DNA from: Balamuthia mandrillaris
Taxonomy: Eukaryota
NCBI GenBank assembly: GCA_031835245.2
Contig: JAVKOQ020000001.1
Location: forward strand, 496,001-560,000
Direction: 5' to 3'
Length of the DNA: 64,000 bases
In this document: positions 51,228-64,000 of the stretch, one piece after another
Layout of the letters: every line of letters starts with the position of its first letter
Position numbering within the stretch: the stretch's first letter is position 1
Program-made: the position numbers and the translations under genes
The notes under the pieces: generated by a model
Told to the model about the DNA's origin: nothing
Databases searched by the model: none
Seen by the model: only the letters and a program-made list of their open reading frames with translations

Positions 51228-53804
51228 GCTCTTTTCTCTTCTACTTCAGCTTGTTGCTAGCTCTTGGTCCAGACATAATTCGCGTTACGTTTGTATATCC
51301 CGACAACAGGGTTATCGACTGGACTAGCGAGGGAAGTAGTGGTGGCCAGAGTGAACGGTCAGTTGAGAGATCTAACAAGAGCCTTAGACGAGGACTGCTC
51401 TTTGGAGCTGCTCAAGTTTGACAGTAAAGAGGGCAAGCAGGTGTTTTGGCATTCCTCCTCTCACATCCTTGGTCAAGCCTTGGAGCAGCATTATTACACA
51501 CCTGAAGCAAAAGAAGGAGAAGAAGAGAAAACAAACATACAGTTGTGTGATGGACCGGCATTGGATGAGGACAAAGGAGGTGGCGGCTTCTTTTACGAGT
51601 TTCTACTAGCGAAAAAAATAAAGGGAGAAGGAACATCTGTCTCTTCGGAGGAGTTCGGCGACTTGGAAAAGAGGATGCAGGAAATATTGAAGAGCAAACA
51701 ACTCTTTGAGAGAATGAAAGTGTCCAAGGAATTTGCTCTCAAAATGTTTACCTATAACAAATTCAAAAGGTACCTTTCTTCCTTTCTCTCTTTTGTTCTC
51801 CTTTTTTCTTTCTTTCTGTTCTCCTTCTCTATTCTTATTTCTTTGTTTGTGTTGCTTAATTTGTTAAATCTAGGGAGCTTATAGAAAGTTTACCAGAGGG
51901 TGAAGAGATAACTCTCTATCGTTGTGGCGACTTTGTGGACCTTTGCAGAGGACCCCACATTCCTCATACTGTATCTCTCCTCTCTCTCTCTCTCTCTCTC
52001 CCCTCGCTGTTCGCTTGTTCTCTTCTCTGCCTCTATTGTCCAAGGCTGAAATAGCCCTACATAACAACAGGGTATGATCAAAGCTTTTTCTGTGCTGAAG
52101 GCCTCTGGCGCTTACTGGAAAGGAGATGCACAAAACGAATTGCTGCAACGGGTCTATGCCATATCATTCCCAAAAGCAACTCAACTCAAAGAATGGACTA
52201 CGATGAGGGAAGAAGCCATGAAACGGGATCATCGCCTTCTCATCAAAAACCAAAACTTGGTCATGTTCAGTCCCCTAAGTCCCGGCAGCCCTTTCTTCCT
52301 CCCTCATGGAACTCGCATTTACAACAGGTCCCTATCTTATCTTTTGGTTTGTTTATGGTTGTTGTTTCTTCAATCTGAACAATTGCCGGATATAGGTTGG
52401 TGAACTTTTTGCGAGATGAATACAGGAAAAGAGGCTACGAGGAAGTCATCACGCCATTGGTCTTTCACAAGGAACTATGGGAAACGTCAGGCCATTGGCA
52501 AAACTACAAAGATGACATGTTCATCGTCTCCTCCCCTCATCATGGTCAATCTCAGTACGTACGAGCGAGCGTTCACACCCATGCCTTGTTATTTGTTTAT
52601 TTGTTGTCATTAACACATATTCATTCGTTTAGCGGTTCTCATGATCATAATCAGAATCCAGAGAACAAAGAAGATACGATAATGGGACTGAAGCCAATGA
52701 ATTGTCCTGGCCACTGCCTCATTTTTGCCAATGAAGCTCGCTCTTACCGAGATCTCCCAGTTCGATTTGCAGACTTTGGAGTTCTCCATCGCAACGAGTT
52801 ATCTGGAACACTCACTGGTCTAACCCGCGTACGACGCTTCCAACAAGGTCCTTTTCTTGTTTCTTGATTCTTTATTTGTTTCTGACATTATCCTTTGTCC
52901 AGATGATGCACACATCTTTTGTACAGAAGAACAAATGGAGTCTGAGATCATGGCCTGCCTTGAGTTCATGCAGCACGTCTACAGTGTCTTTGGATTTGAG
53001 CTCTTTCTCTCCCTCTCCACTCGACCCACGGACAAATACTTAGGCGATCTTTCCCTTTGGGACAAAGCCGAAAACGCATTGCGACGCTGCCTGGATCGCA
53101 TCACCTCTACTTCTGCGTCTTCTCAAGATAAAGGAGAACGAGGATGGAAAGTAGCTCCAGGAGAAGGAGCTTTCTACGGCCCCAAGATCGACGTTCAAGT
53201 GAGCGATTCTCTCGGCAGACGCCATCAATGCGCCACCATCCAATTGGACTTCAACCTGCCGCACCGCTTCGGACTCTCCTACGCCACCAAGCAAGGCTCC
53301 CTCGAACGGCCCGTCCTCATCCACCGTGCCATCTTTGGCTCCATCGAGCGGATGATTGGCATCTTGACGGAGCATGTGGCCGGCAAGTGGCCCTTCTGGT
53401 TGAACCCTCGCCAGGTGCTCGTCGTGCCCATTCGCAGCGACAGTGAGAAGCAAGTGGAGTACGCCAGGCGCGTGTGGAGACGGTTGCAGAGGGAAGGTTA
53501 TCATGTGGATCTGGAGGACAGCGAGCGGACCAGTTTTGCCAAGAAGATCAAGGAAGGGCAGAGCTTGCAGTATAACTTCATGTTGGTGGTGGGAGAGGAG
53601 GAAGCGGACTCTTACAAGAAGGGTGCCCGAGTGTGGAGGGAGAAGAGTGAAGGAGAAGAAGCAAGAGAAGGAGAAGAGGGAGCAGAGGGAGGAGCAGAAG
53701 AGAATGTGGTGAGCGTAAGAACACGAGATAATGTAGTACATGGCAAGAAGCCCTTGGCTGACCTTCTGTCCGAACTTGCAACCTTGCAACGAACCTTTCA
53801 ATAA
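50750..53804 (+). CDS. Threonyl-tRNA synthetase, probably mitochondrion-targeted
   Basis: TGS domain, editing [10 protein letters not shown] and [80 protein letters not shown]; Arg/Ser-rich N-terminus. Confidence 0.96.
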
Positions 53805-53906
53805 AAAAGAAAGGGGTCCTGCTCCCACCCTTCTTTGTTTCTCAGAAGAGCAAAAAAACACCCCATCGTTCTCTTTGGCCAAACGGAGGAATCATAACCC
53901 GAGAGA

Positions 53907-55261
53907 ATGGAGGAGGACCTGAACAGGCAGCAGCAGTGGGATGGAGCAGCATCTGCCCTGGTGAGTTACTACTGCTGCCTCAACGGGGTGGCAAGTGCAA
54001 GCGAAAGAAGCAAAGCTGCAACCAAAAAGAACGCACGCCGCTCTCAACAACAACCAGCTAAGAAGAAAGCGCCGCCCAGTAAAGATCCCCTCTTTCATCT
54101 TCCAGCGTTGCTTCAAGGAAGAGGAGCCGATGAGGAACGAACGGAACGCTTCGTTGCTGAGTGCTTGGACAAGATCGACATGGAGCGGTGGCTGCTCAAC
54201 GTTCGGCTTTTAGCTTCCTTCAACCGCTACAGTTTTGGCTACGACCAAGTGCGACCTACCCAGCGGCTCCCCGTTGGAGCTGGCGCTACCTGTGGAGTCG
54301 ACCAAGCCCGTGATGAGCTGGTAGGTTTGTTGCAGGGTATGCCGGGTATGCAGGTGGAAGTTGAACCCTTTCAAGTGAGAGGGCTGCAAGGCTTCAACGT
54401 CATTGCAACGTTGTCTCCTTCAAAGGAGGAAAGCAAAGAAGGAGAGCCGCTAGAAGGAGGAGCAAGAGAAGAGAGGAGAACGAAACTGGATGAACGTCAT
54501 GTTATAGTGGGAGCTCACTACGACTCCATCTCCAAGAGTCCAATGGAAGCAGCGCCTGGTGCTGTGGACAACGCCAGCGGCACCGCTGCCGTGCTCGAGA
54601 TGGCATACATCTTCTCAGAGATGCAAATGAAGGCTACCCAGAGCAACAAGGATACTGTTGGGGAGACGCCATGCCTGCAATGGCCTGTCAAGTTTATCCT
54701 CTTTTCAGGTTTGAAACAAGCAGCCAGGGGGGACCCTGTTATGAGTAACTGATCTGTACGTCTTTCTTCTTCGTTGAAAATAGGAGAAGAACAGGGTCTA
54801 AGAGGAAGTTATCACCACGCGACAGAGCTCAAACGCCAAGGCAAAGCGGATACCGTCCTGTTGATGATCAACATGGACATGATTGCATGGCGCCGACCGC
54901 CAGGTCTTGCTCATTCTGCTGTCTTTCTTTCTTTCTTACTGACTGTAACAAAACAGACTTTGGAGAAGACGTGATGAAGGTCGAATCGGAACCTCCTCAT
55001 GATTGGGCCATAGAGCTTGTGTGCAGGGAAGCCCAAACGCATTCAACCCTGCCCACCTGGATCAAACGAACAGCAGCTGGCTCCGACCACACTTCCTTCA
55101 TCGAGGCAAACATCCCTGCTGTCTCCACCGGTAACAAGGACTGTGCGCTCTACGAGTTCTATCACACCACCAAAGACGACGTGAATCAAGTGGATGTGGA
55201 GATTGCAACGCAGTTCGTTCGCACCATTGCTGCCACTATTGCACGGATTGCCTTCTCTTGA
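53907..55261 (+). CDS. M28 family metallopeptidase
   Basis: IVGAHYDS, APGAVDNASGTAAVLE, FSGEEQGLRGS, NMDMI, GSDHTSF and YHTTKD Zn-ligand motifs. Confidence 0.9.
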
Positions 55262-55377
55262 ATAATGCCGGTTATGGTTCGCTCGTTTTCTTTTGCTCAC
55301 TCTCTCTCTCTCTCTCTCTCTCGCAATGAATGGTGCGTCTATCTTTTATTCAATGTATAAAACTCATCCAAAACAAC

Positions 55378-56334
55378 TTAGTGGTCGTGCTTAACCACGT
55401 CATCATGCTCAGTGCCAATCGAGAGGTCCTTCCACTCCTCCAACAACGCCAACGACGCTTCCATCTTTTTCTTTATGAGCTCCAGGGCATCTCTTCCCAG
55501 CGCAAGCCGAACAGGGATCTCCTTGCGACCCTCTGCAGAGCCCGAGAGTGTGAGCACGTCAACCGTCCTCTGTGCAGCTTTGACAGGGTCTCCTGGCTGC
55601 TTGCCATCATACTCTCGCAGCATCTTCAGTACAGCACCAGCGGTGGGCTCATAGTCAGGAATGGTGGTGTTGCCAACCACGAAGTTGGAACCCTGGTTGA
55701 GAAGAGAGGTACGGAAGTAGCCAAGCTCCAACACCGTCACCGCGATGCCCAATGGAGCCAACTCAGCATGCAGAGCCTCTGCCAGCCCCTCGAGAGTGAA
55801 CTTGGTGGAGCAGTAGATACCGCAGCCAGGATAGCTGACCCAACCGCCCACGCTGCCGATGAGGGCGATGACACCGGTCTTGCGCTCACGCATGTGCGGC
55901 AGGAAGACCCGCGTCACGTTCAGCAGCCCAAGCACATTCGTATCGAACTGGGCAAGCGTTTGCTCGGGCCTTTGAAGAGGAATAAATCAGATCTCCTTTG
56001 CCATTGGTTTTAAACAGGCACAGAGCGCCATAAGTACGTACGTGGTCTCTTCTACAGCCCCAGCAAGGAGATAACCAGCATTGTTGACAAGGATGTCCAC
56101 TTGGCCATAGACTTTGATGGCCTCGTCGGCAAGGGCTTGCAGCTCGGGCAGCGGGCTGGTCACGTCCAGGGCAAGGGCATGAGCGCCAGCGTCGCGCAGC
56201 TCGGCGAGCTTGTCCGCGTTACGTGCGGTGGCAATGACCTTGTCGCCACGCTTGAGCGCGGCCAGAGCTACCTCCTTGCCAAAGCCTGCGGAACAGCCGG
56301 TGATCAACCAAACCTTGGGCTCGTTCGTCGCCAT
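55378..56334 (-). CDS. Short-chain dehydrogenase/reductase (one intron)
   Basis: WLITGCSAGFG, DILVNNAGY, catalytic YCSTK, QPGDPVKAA. Confidence 0.93.
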
Positions 56335-56828
56335 CTTTCTGAGTCGAGCAGTCACAGCGGTGTGGTGGTTTTTGTCCCTCACAAAGAATACAGTTGCAAG
56401 CGTCCAAGCCTCACACAGACCTTTTTAATAGGGAGTGCCAGCAAAAGCTGTGCTGGCTGAGCGCGGGGGGCATGTAGGGTTTCATAGGAGCGTGTAGCCG
56501 GTCCACACCACCATCATCACCCGTGTCTTTGGAACATTCGTGCTGGTGGTTATGGCGCGTGAGTAGTGCCGTTAACCGTGGTTTTTTGTCGACCCGCCAT
56601 CTCCCGCCGACGCACAAAATTCATGACGACGTGGATATCTATGAAGAATCTTTGCGGAACACAGAACCCTCAGACAGTGTCGCTGAAAAAGAAAGGGGAG
56701 GCGGAAAGCGCTAGGAAAAAAAGAGAGAGAGAGGGAGGGGGTGCACTAAATTTTGTAGCAGACTTCTTTTTTTTTTTTTTAAGTTGGTGGTTCGTTTCAG
56801 TTGAAAAAAGCAAACACGACAAAGCAAC

Positions 56829-57301
56829 ATGGCAAGCACAACGACGACGTCTTCGCAGGGAGAAACGAAACCTGCTCACACAACGAAAGATGACGGAGTG
56901 AAGGAGGAGGAGCTGGCTCAAAATAATAATAATGCCACAACAGCGCCTGGCGCAAGCAAAGAGAGCAGCGATGACACACCAAACAGCTCTTCGTCTCCCC
57001 AGGCCTCTTCTTCCTCTTCCTCCGATTCTTTGCTTCCCCTTCCCACACCCGGCGATCAATACCAACTGGTTCCTGGTGGCTCTACCTCCTCTTCCTCTAC
57101 CGCTTTTGCCGACCCTACAAACTTCGACATCAAACATCCCCTCCAAAATCGGTGGACCATGTGGTATGACAACCCTAAAACAAAAGCCATTTCCAAGGAC
57201 ACTTGGGGCAACTTCCTCAAAGAAATCATTGAATTTGACACTGTACTGTTCCTCTTCACTCTCTCCTCTTACTGAAAATTTGTGTTCTTACTTTTTTCAT
57301 C

Positions 57302-57337
<36 letters not shown>

Positions 57338-58218
57338 ACTTGCTCACTCTTACTTCCTCTTCTTTCCTTTCACCTCTTGTTACCTGCTTTTTCTCTTTCA
57401 TTCTTTCTTTCGCTTTGGCAAACAGGTGGAGGACTTTTGGGGGTGTGTATCTTCCTCTGCCTTTTATTTACTTATGCAAAACAATCGATCTCACGTTCCG
57501 TTCACCATATCACATGGTAAAACACGCACTGCAGGCTGTACAATAACGTGGTACCGGCGAGCGCATTGAGCGTGGGGAGCAACTATCATCTTTTCAAGGC
57601 AGGGATCGAACCCAAATGGGAGGACCCTGCCAACGAGAAGGGCGGAAAGTGGGTGCTCAGCGTACCTGCTTCCCAGCGCAGAGATAAGCTTGATAAACTT
57701 TGGCTTTATTCTGTGCGGCTTTCTTTTCTCTTCTTTCTGTTCTCTCTGCTCTCTTCTCTTTCTATTCTCTGTCGTTCTCTTCTTCGCTCGTATTTCTAAC
57801 CCTTTAAATGCTTTTCTGCTCTACAGTTGCTCGCGTGTATCGGAGAGGCCTTTGATGATGATGGAAATGAAATCTGCGGAGTGGTGGTCAGCCTTCGTAG
57901 AGCCCAGGACCGAATAGCGCTTTGGACAAGAACGGCAACCAAAGAAACTGCAGTCAAGAATATTGGGTATGTTTTCTCTTTCTCCTCTCGTTTGCTACCT
58001 TTGTGCTTCTCTCTTCCTTTTGGATGGTGCTTCATCTTCTTGCACTTTTCTTCACTTTTTTTTAACTGTTCCATCAACCACTCTTCTTTCTCCACGTTAG
58101 ACGAACTTTTAAACAAGCGTTGGAGCTACCGAGCAACTCGCTTTTGGGTTACCAATGCCACGCCGATAGTATGCGAAGGAATTCGAGCTTTTCCAACAAA
58201 CCCCGTTACGAAGTTTAA
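56829..58218 (+). CDS. Translation initiation factor eIF4E
   Basis: KHPLQNRWTMWYD, FDT|VEDFWG|LYNN (17-nt exon 57426-57442), YHLFKAGIEPKWEDPANEKGGKW, EICGVVVSLR..DRIALWT. Confidence 0.95.
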
Positions 58219-58434
58219 GCAGCTTTGTCAACACTCCACAAACATCGACCAGACCACTCTTCAGCTTGTTTGGTTTTCGCCGTTTTTATTTTTATTATTA
58301 TGTTATTTTTTGTTCGGACCCGTTATGTTTCTATGTTCCAAAACTTAATCGCGGTTTCCATCGATTGTATCTTCCTCCCTCCCGCTCTCCTGAGACAGTC
58401 CATCTTGAGTAACGGGCTTTTCTTCCCTTTATGC

Positions 58435-58941
58435 CTCTCTCTCTCTCTTCTCTCCTTCTCCTTCTCCTTCTCCTTCTCCTTCTCCTTCTCCTTCTCCTTC
58501 TCCTTCTCCTTCTCCTTCTCCTTCTCCTTCTCCTTCTCCTTCTCCTTCTCCTTCTCCTTCTCCTTCTCCTTCTCCTTCTCCTTCTCCTTCTCCTTCTCCT
58601 TCTCCTTCTCCTTCTCCTTCTCCTTCTCCTTCTCCGTCTCCTCCTTCTCCTCCTTCTCCTTCTCCTTCTCCTTCTCCGTCTCCTCCTTCTCCTCCTTCTC
58701 CTCCTCCTCCTTTTCCTCCTTCTCCTCCTTCTCCTCCTCCTCCTCCTTCCTTCTCTCCTCCTCCTCCTCCTCCTCCTCCTCCTCCTCCTCCTCCTCCTCC
58801 TCCTCCTCCTCCTCCTCCTCCTCCTCCTCCTCCTCCTCCTCCTCCTCCTCCTCCTCCTCCTCCTCCTCCTCCTCCCTCCTCCTCCTCCTCCTCCTCCCCT
58901 CCTCCTCCTTCTCCTTCTTCTTCTCCTTCTCCTTCTCCTTC
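58435..58941 (+). repeat. ~500 bp near-pure polypyrimidine tract, (CTCCTT)n grading into (CTC)n
   Basis: Direct inspection; only a couple of purines across ~500 nt. Confidence 0.95.
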
Positions 58942-58973
58942 TGTCGACAGGATTGTTACGCTAGAGAGGGAAG

Positions 58974-59545
58974 ATGGAGGAAAGCGGAAGAGAGGCAGGC
59001 TTTGGGCTGCTGCCGAACGAAGTGGTGATGCACGTGCTCTCCTTTCTGGACTTTAGGGAGCTGAAGCAAGTGAGCAGAAGCAGCAAGCACCTGCGTGCCT
59101 TGGTTCGTGCCCTCCCTCCGCGCCTCCATCTCAAAGTCCTCCTCACAAACAAGGAGAGCAAGCATCTGCACACGGGTTCGCTTCTTCCGTTGGTGTCCTC
59201 CTCCTCGTCTCTTACAGTGGAGGTCTTTTCCTTGCCGCCATATTGCACGGCAGAAGTTCTGCTTCAAAGAGCCATGCGGCATTATGTCAACTCAAAGAAG
59301 AGGATGAAGCAGCAGCAGGAGGAGGAAGCAAGTCTATTAGCTGAGAAAGAAAAAGAGAGAGACTTGGCGGATGGAGATGAGGAGGGTGGTAGTGGGGGTA
59401 GTAGTTGTTGGAGCAGGAGAAAGGAATGGGGCTTGTTGCAGCGGTTGAAGCCGCAGAAAGGGGGCGGTTATTCCACTGCCCGGTGGTTATGCCTTCACAG
59501 GACTCTTTCTGAGCACAACCTTTGTTCTGGGGTTTGGCCCCCTCT

Positions 59546-59592
<47 letters not shown>

Positions 59593-60587
59593 GCTTTCCC
59601 TTCTTATCTCACCATTTGGTTTCGTGGCGAGTAGGACGAGTTGATCTTCAAAAGAAAGCAAGTCTTGCAGAAGGTGAAGGTGGAGGGCAGCTCCAAGCCT
59701 ATCACCGTTTACTTGGACGAGACGGCCAGCCTCGGGGGCATACAGCGTTACCTCTGCGTGCCGTTGCACCTTGAATGCTTTCGTCTTCGGCTGGGACCCG
59801 CCAAGAACGATGGTAACTTTTTTGTTCTTTCTTTCTCAGCGTCTGCTCTTCTTTTATCGTTATCCCTGTTGGCCTTCGCTAATGCACAGGTTGGCCACCC
59901 ACAACAGAATGGCTTAGCCAGCGGCTGACACTGTACGAACATGGATTCGAAACCGAGGATACCCTTTTGTTTGCTCAGGACTACTTTCTCCAAACTGGAA
60001 ACTCAGCTGCAGGTCTAGATGGCGCTTGTGCCCATCCTTCCGCCGCAGTTCGTTCTTCCGCGGTAACAACGACACGGCACCCCACCACAACCTTCCATTC
60101 ACGACAACCCTTCTCCTCGTCCTCTTCGTCATCTTCAGGCTCCTCGTCTCCCTCTCCTCAATACCGACGTCCACAATTGGAGCTGCAACACCAGCATTTG
60201 ACGTATCTCCGTGTTCAACACGCCGTAGTCTCGGCTCTACCTTGCGATGCTTCTCCTTCGTCATCCATTCAGAACCAAGATACTCTCATTATACCCAACG
60301 GATTGTCCAGGAGCCAAGCGATGGGCTTTGCTGCTTTGCAAGCAATCATAGAACATCAGTTGGAAGCCTCCCCCACGGTCATTCGGAGGTATCTACCCTC
60401 TCACTTTGTGGAAGAAGACAAAGGCGGTCGTGCTCTTATCGACGAAGTCATAGAGCATGCTCGCGCCTTGAGGAGTTGCTTGAACGCCAACTCTGCCGAA
60501 GTTGAGTACATCAGTCGTTACGCGCTGCTCATTCGACAAAGACAACAGCAGCAACAACAACAACACATGGAAGACGAAAACCATTAG
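58974..60587 (+). CDS. F-box protein with FERM/talin-head-like subdomains (3 exons)
   Basis: F-box LLPNEVVMHVLSFLDFRELKQVSRSSKHLR; two WLxxxxTLxE(H/Q) motifs; FERM-central-like SRSQAMGFAALQ..RYLPSHF..SAEVEYI. Confidence 0.65.
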
Positions 60588-61119
60588 CACACAACCAAAG
60601 AGGGTTCGGTTTATTGCTCGATGTTGCGGCTCCAACACGCCGCAATGTTGCATAATGGCAGTTTGTGAGGTGCATCATGCTATCCTCATTTCTCTTCTGC
60701 AAGGAGAGAAAGACAGAGAGAGAGAGAGAGAGTGTGTGTGTGTGTGTCAGTTCTTCTACTATTGGCGACGGTAAAGAAGTCAAAGGAGAAAAAAGGGAGA
60801 GAGGGAGAGAGAGAGGGGAGAGAGAGAAAAAGAGAGAGAGAGAGAGAAAGAACGAGAGGCCACAAACGCCTTCTCCAAAAATATTCTCGGAAAAAGCGAA
60901 AGTAAACCAACCCCATGCAGTGCAACTCGTTTTGTTTTAAAAGAAACGAGAAGAACTAACCATTGCCACGGCTGACCACACAAACGGACTGTAAAAATGA
61001 GAACCTTGCAAACCCCACGAGCGTCAGCCCTGAAAACGACGGGCCGGACCACTTTGATCGTTGGTGCGTTACTTGGAGTGCTGCTTTTTGTCTTTTTTTT
61101 TTTTTGTAACAGTTTAGTA

Positions 61120-61157
<38 letters not shown>

Positions 61158-61186
61158 CCTTTCTTCTCGTACTCTCTCTCTCTCTC

Positions 61187-61224
<38 letters not shown>

Positions 61225-61259
61225 TTCCTTGCCCCCCCCCTTCAAAAACCGTTGCAGAG

Positions 61260-63124
61260 ATGCCAGGCGCAACTACACACGAAGACGTTGCGAGGATCTT
61301 TTCGACCGCGCAAGGCTATTCCTTTGAATACCAAAATGAAGAAGAAAAAGAGGAAGAAGACGGAGGAACCGGAGAAGGAGGCGCCGATCGAAACGTGAAG
61401 AACGTACAGGTGTACTACCTGCACGCGGAAGAGGCCCGCCAGGCCTATGCCCAGTTGCACGATACCTTCTCCATTAGGATCTCACCAACGGGAGGGGCCG
61501 CTACCGAAAATGAGCTCACAGCGCTGCCCACGGAGGACTCCTTTGGTGAACTGGCCGACCTGATCGACAACAAGCTGAGCTTTCCTGATGTGGTTCTCCT
61601 TTTATCCGACCAACGGATCTACGCCCACCAGTGAGTCGCTAGTTCTGTTCATTGTGTTTTACCTATTCAGCTATTAACTTACATGCTTTTTTGTTTCTCA
61701 TTGCAAGGGCCATCTTAGGAAGGAAAAGTGGATGGTTCGCGCAATGGTTTAAACAACTCAGACAAACATCTGAGAAGAACGAGGACACACAGCAACAGCA
61801 TTGTGAGAAGAAGGACGAAGATGGACTACCTATATTGGATCTCACCGAGAAACTGTCACCTTCTACAAAGTTTGTTGTTCTTGCGGTTTTTCTTTATTGT
61901 GGATGTTTACTTCTTTCCTTCTCTCTCTTCTCCCCTCTCCTCTTCTTCAGTCTCTACGCTTAACTTTTATGCTTCTAAATAGCTTGGAAACATTTCGTGC
62001 ATTACTGCAGTATTGTTACACCAACAAGATAGAGCGGAGCAAAGTAAGTCTGGATTTGCTATTGTTGGCACGATCAGTGAGCTTTTGGGGATTGGCCCTT
62101 TTCTGCGAACATTCGGCAGTGTTGGAGATGGAGCTGGAACCTGCTCTGCGGGAACGTGGTGTGTTTCCCATTTGTAGATTAGACCCTTCGCTCAACATTT
62201 TTCAATTGTTAAAGGTTCGATTCTGCTTCTCTCTCCTCTGCTCCTCTTCTCTCCCCGAAATGTCCTCATTTTCTTAGGCGTAATCAACAGACAGCAACTA
62301 AACACGAGTTGAATGGATTGAAAAACTTTTGTATGGATTATTTGCTGTTGCACTTTGACACGTTATTGCCTGACTATGAAGAGGAATGCGCCAACATCGA
62401 TGATGATCTCCTTGACACCATCCTTCAGGCCGGAATGAACCATAAGGCCCTACGTATTTCCTACATCGACAATATCCCCTCATCTGCATCCGGTGTAAGT
62501 CTTATTCGTCCCTGTTCTGCTGTTCCCTTTCTCACTTATAATTGGCCCTAACAAATAAACAGCAGAAGGCAGTGACGGACCAGCTGCGGGATTCGTTAAC
62601 AAAAAGCAGTGACCACCAGCTCCCCACTGTGTGGTTCGATACAGACACTGCCACAAACCAAGCCTGCCTCATCAGCCAACCGCACGCATTGCCACTCTCC
62701 GTGGTCTGCGAAAACGAAGTCCGAAGCAGACAAGCCACTCCATTAGACCGGCTCTTGCAATTGGGCGTTGCAGTAGTGCGTGTAAGCAACATCCCACCAA
62801 GTTGGAGTGGACACTACGTCTACAAGTTCTTTTCCGAGTGTGGGCTGTTGCCTTATCCTTCCTTAGGGTGGCAACCCTCTGACTATAGTCCTACGGGGCA
62901 ACTGAAAGTGGCTCGGAACCCAAAGTTTCCGGCCGAGTCATGTACGTCCTTGCTCTCTCTCGTTCTCTCTCTCTCTCTCTCGCTGCTATCTTAGCTGACT
63001 CTCATGCTTTGTAGTAAAAGTGGCCTTGTGGACGTTGGATGGAATGAAGGTGGAAGATGGGTACTCTTTGCAATGGGAACCTTATCTGGAGTTTGCCTTT
63101 GGAGAGCACACAAAAGAGGGTTAA
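61260..63124 (+). CDS. BTB/POZ-domain protein with possible RRM-like termini, multi-exon
   Basis: FPDVVLLLSDQRIYAHQ|AILGRKSGWF, TFRALLQYCYT and LKNFCMDYLLLHFD (BTB/BACK-like). Confidence 0.75.
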
Positions 63125-63188
63125 GTTATTATTGTTTGAACATATTATTATCTGAACTTTTAAAAGACAAGAAAGAATGAAGGTTTGT

Positions 63189-63420
63189 TCATGCTGCCAA
63201 AGAGGGGATGGGGTCCAATGGGAAGGTGGTTTTCGCTCCACGCAAGACCTTGTCCACAAACTCGTTGATGTTGGTGGCCTCGAAGGCACCCTTAAAGTCA
63301 GCTGCCCGTTTCTTGTGAGGACTCAACAACACCAATCCCGGCAAGTTATCCGACACTCCAAAGTCGTTCCTAAACTTGCTTTCCTTCTCTGTTGTCGTTA
63401 AGAAATCTTGAGCAAAGGCG

Positions 63421-63464
<44 letters not shown>

Positions 63465-64000
63465 AAACCTCCATCAATCCACAAAAATACAACAGCTCCA
63501 TTTGACCGACGATCCGCAGCCAATTGCTCCACCAAAGAGACATACTTCTCTCTGTCTTCGCTAGGGAGGAATGCCAGCCCGCAAAGCGCCCTTTGAGAGA
63601 GACACTTGACCTCCCAATCCTTTTGTGTGACTACCTGCAATCCTTCCGTGTCGGGTTCCACCTTTGGTTTGGTCTCCGCAGCGGGAGGAGGATTGCTGCT
63701 GCCCTTCTTGGAGGAGGATGAAGCGGAGCCAGAGAAAGGAGCGGCATAACCCTGAAGGAACTTCTCAATGTCGGAATATTGCAGCTCTCCTTGGTATGGC
63801 ACTTGCTCTCCTTCCTTAGTAATTACCATCAAGGTTGGGAACTTCTCCACGCTGAACCTAGTCACTATCATTTTTGTGATAACGAGTCAGACGATGAAAG
63901 GAGAAAAGGAAACGCAAAGCAGATAAAATACCAAGCTCGGCCTCTGTGTTTTGAACGTCTCCGAATTGGAGGCGACCAGCAAAGTTGTTGGCAAGAGCCT
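63189..64000 (-). CDS. Thioredoxin-fold / PDI (PDIA6-like) protein, C-terminal part; 5' end off the right edge
   Basis: RFSVEKFPTLMV, CLSQRALCGLAFLP, FLWIDG, LPGLVLLSPHKKRAADFKGAFEATNINEFVDKVLRG resemble non-catalytic thioredoxin-like b domains. Confidence 0.65.

Noticed and set aside
53040..53882. 280-aa minus-strand ORF and similar long antisense ORFs
   Set aside because: Shadows of GC-rich coding exons on the opposite strand (ThrRS, SDR, OSCP).
58225..59028. Long poly-Leu and poly-Ser/Phe ORFs
   Set aside because: Artefacts of the pyrimidine microsatellite.
63189..63390. Suspected frameshift in the PDI-like last exon
   Set aside because: Re-reading gives a continuous frame (LPGLVLLSPHKKR..).
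1..64000. Functional cluster of ubiquitin-system genes (CUL4, RING, Ub-A2M, F-box, BTB)
   Set aside because: These families are abundant in eukaryotic genomes and are interspersed with unrelated housekeeping genes, so there is no evidence of clustering beyond chance.

Overview
This is a gene-dense, intron-rich eukaryotic window with short GT-AG introns full of (GA/TC)n microsatellites, short intergenic spacers and many head-to-head gene pairs. The style suggests a free-living amoeba (Amoebozoa, possibly Balamuthia/Acanthamoeba-like), but that is inference only. About 24 protein-coding genes can be assembled by hand. Recognisable ones are cullin-4 (partial), TMEM18, a SAPS/PP6 regulatory subunit, ovothiol synthase OvoA, WDR62/MAPKBP1, fibrillarin, an extended ATP synthase OSCP, VPS24/CHMP3, a GH38 alpha-mannosidase, RPS25, lipin, NCA2/DGS1, a UBZ/RING-H2 E3, threonyl-tRNA synthetase, an M28 peptidase, an SDR, eIF4E, an F-box/FERM-like protein, a BTB protein and a PDI/thioredoxin-like protein (partial). 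There are also a few orphans. The standout is a ~9 kb minus-strand gene (41414-50513) encoding a bacterial-type alpha-2-macroglobulin. It has no signal peptide, keeps the thioester motif (CNEQ) and has an N-terminal ubiquitin-like domain lacking the di-Gly end. It also carries a near-canonical ubiquitin ending in LRLRGG exactly where the protease bait region normally sits, which suggests a cytosolic trap for deubiquitinases. Coordinates of spliced genes are hand-derived gene spans and all product calls come from motif recognition, not database searches.
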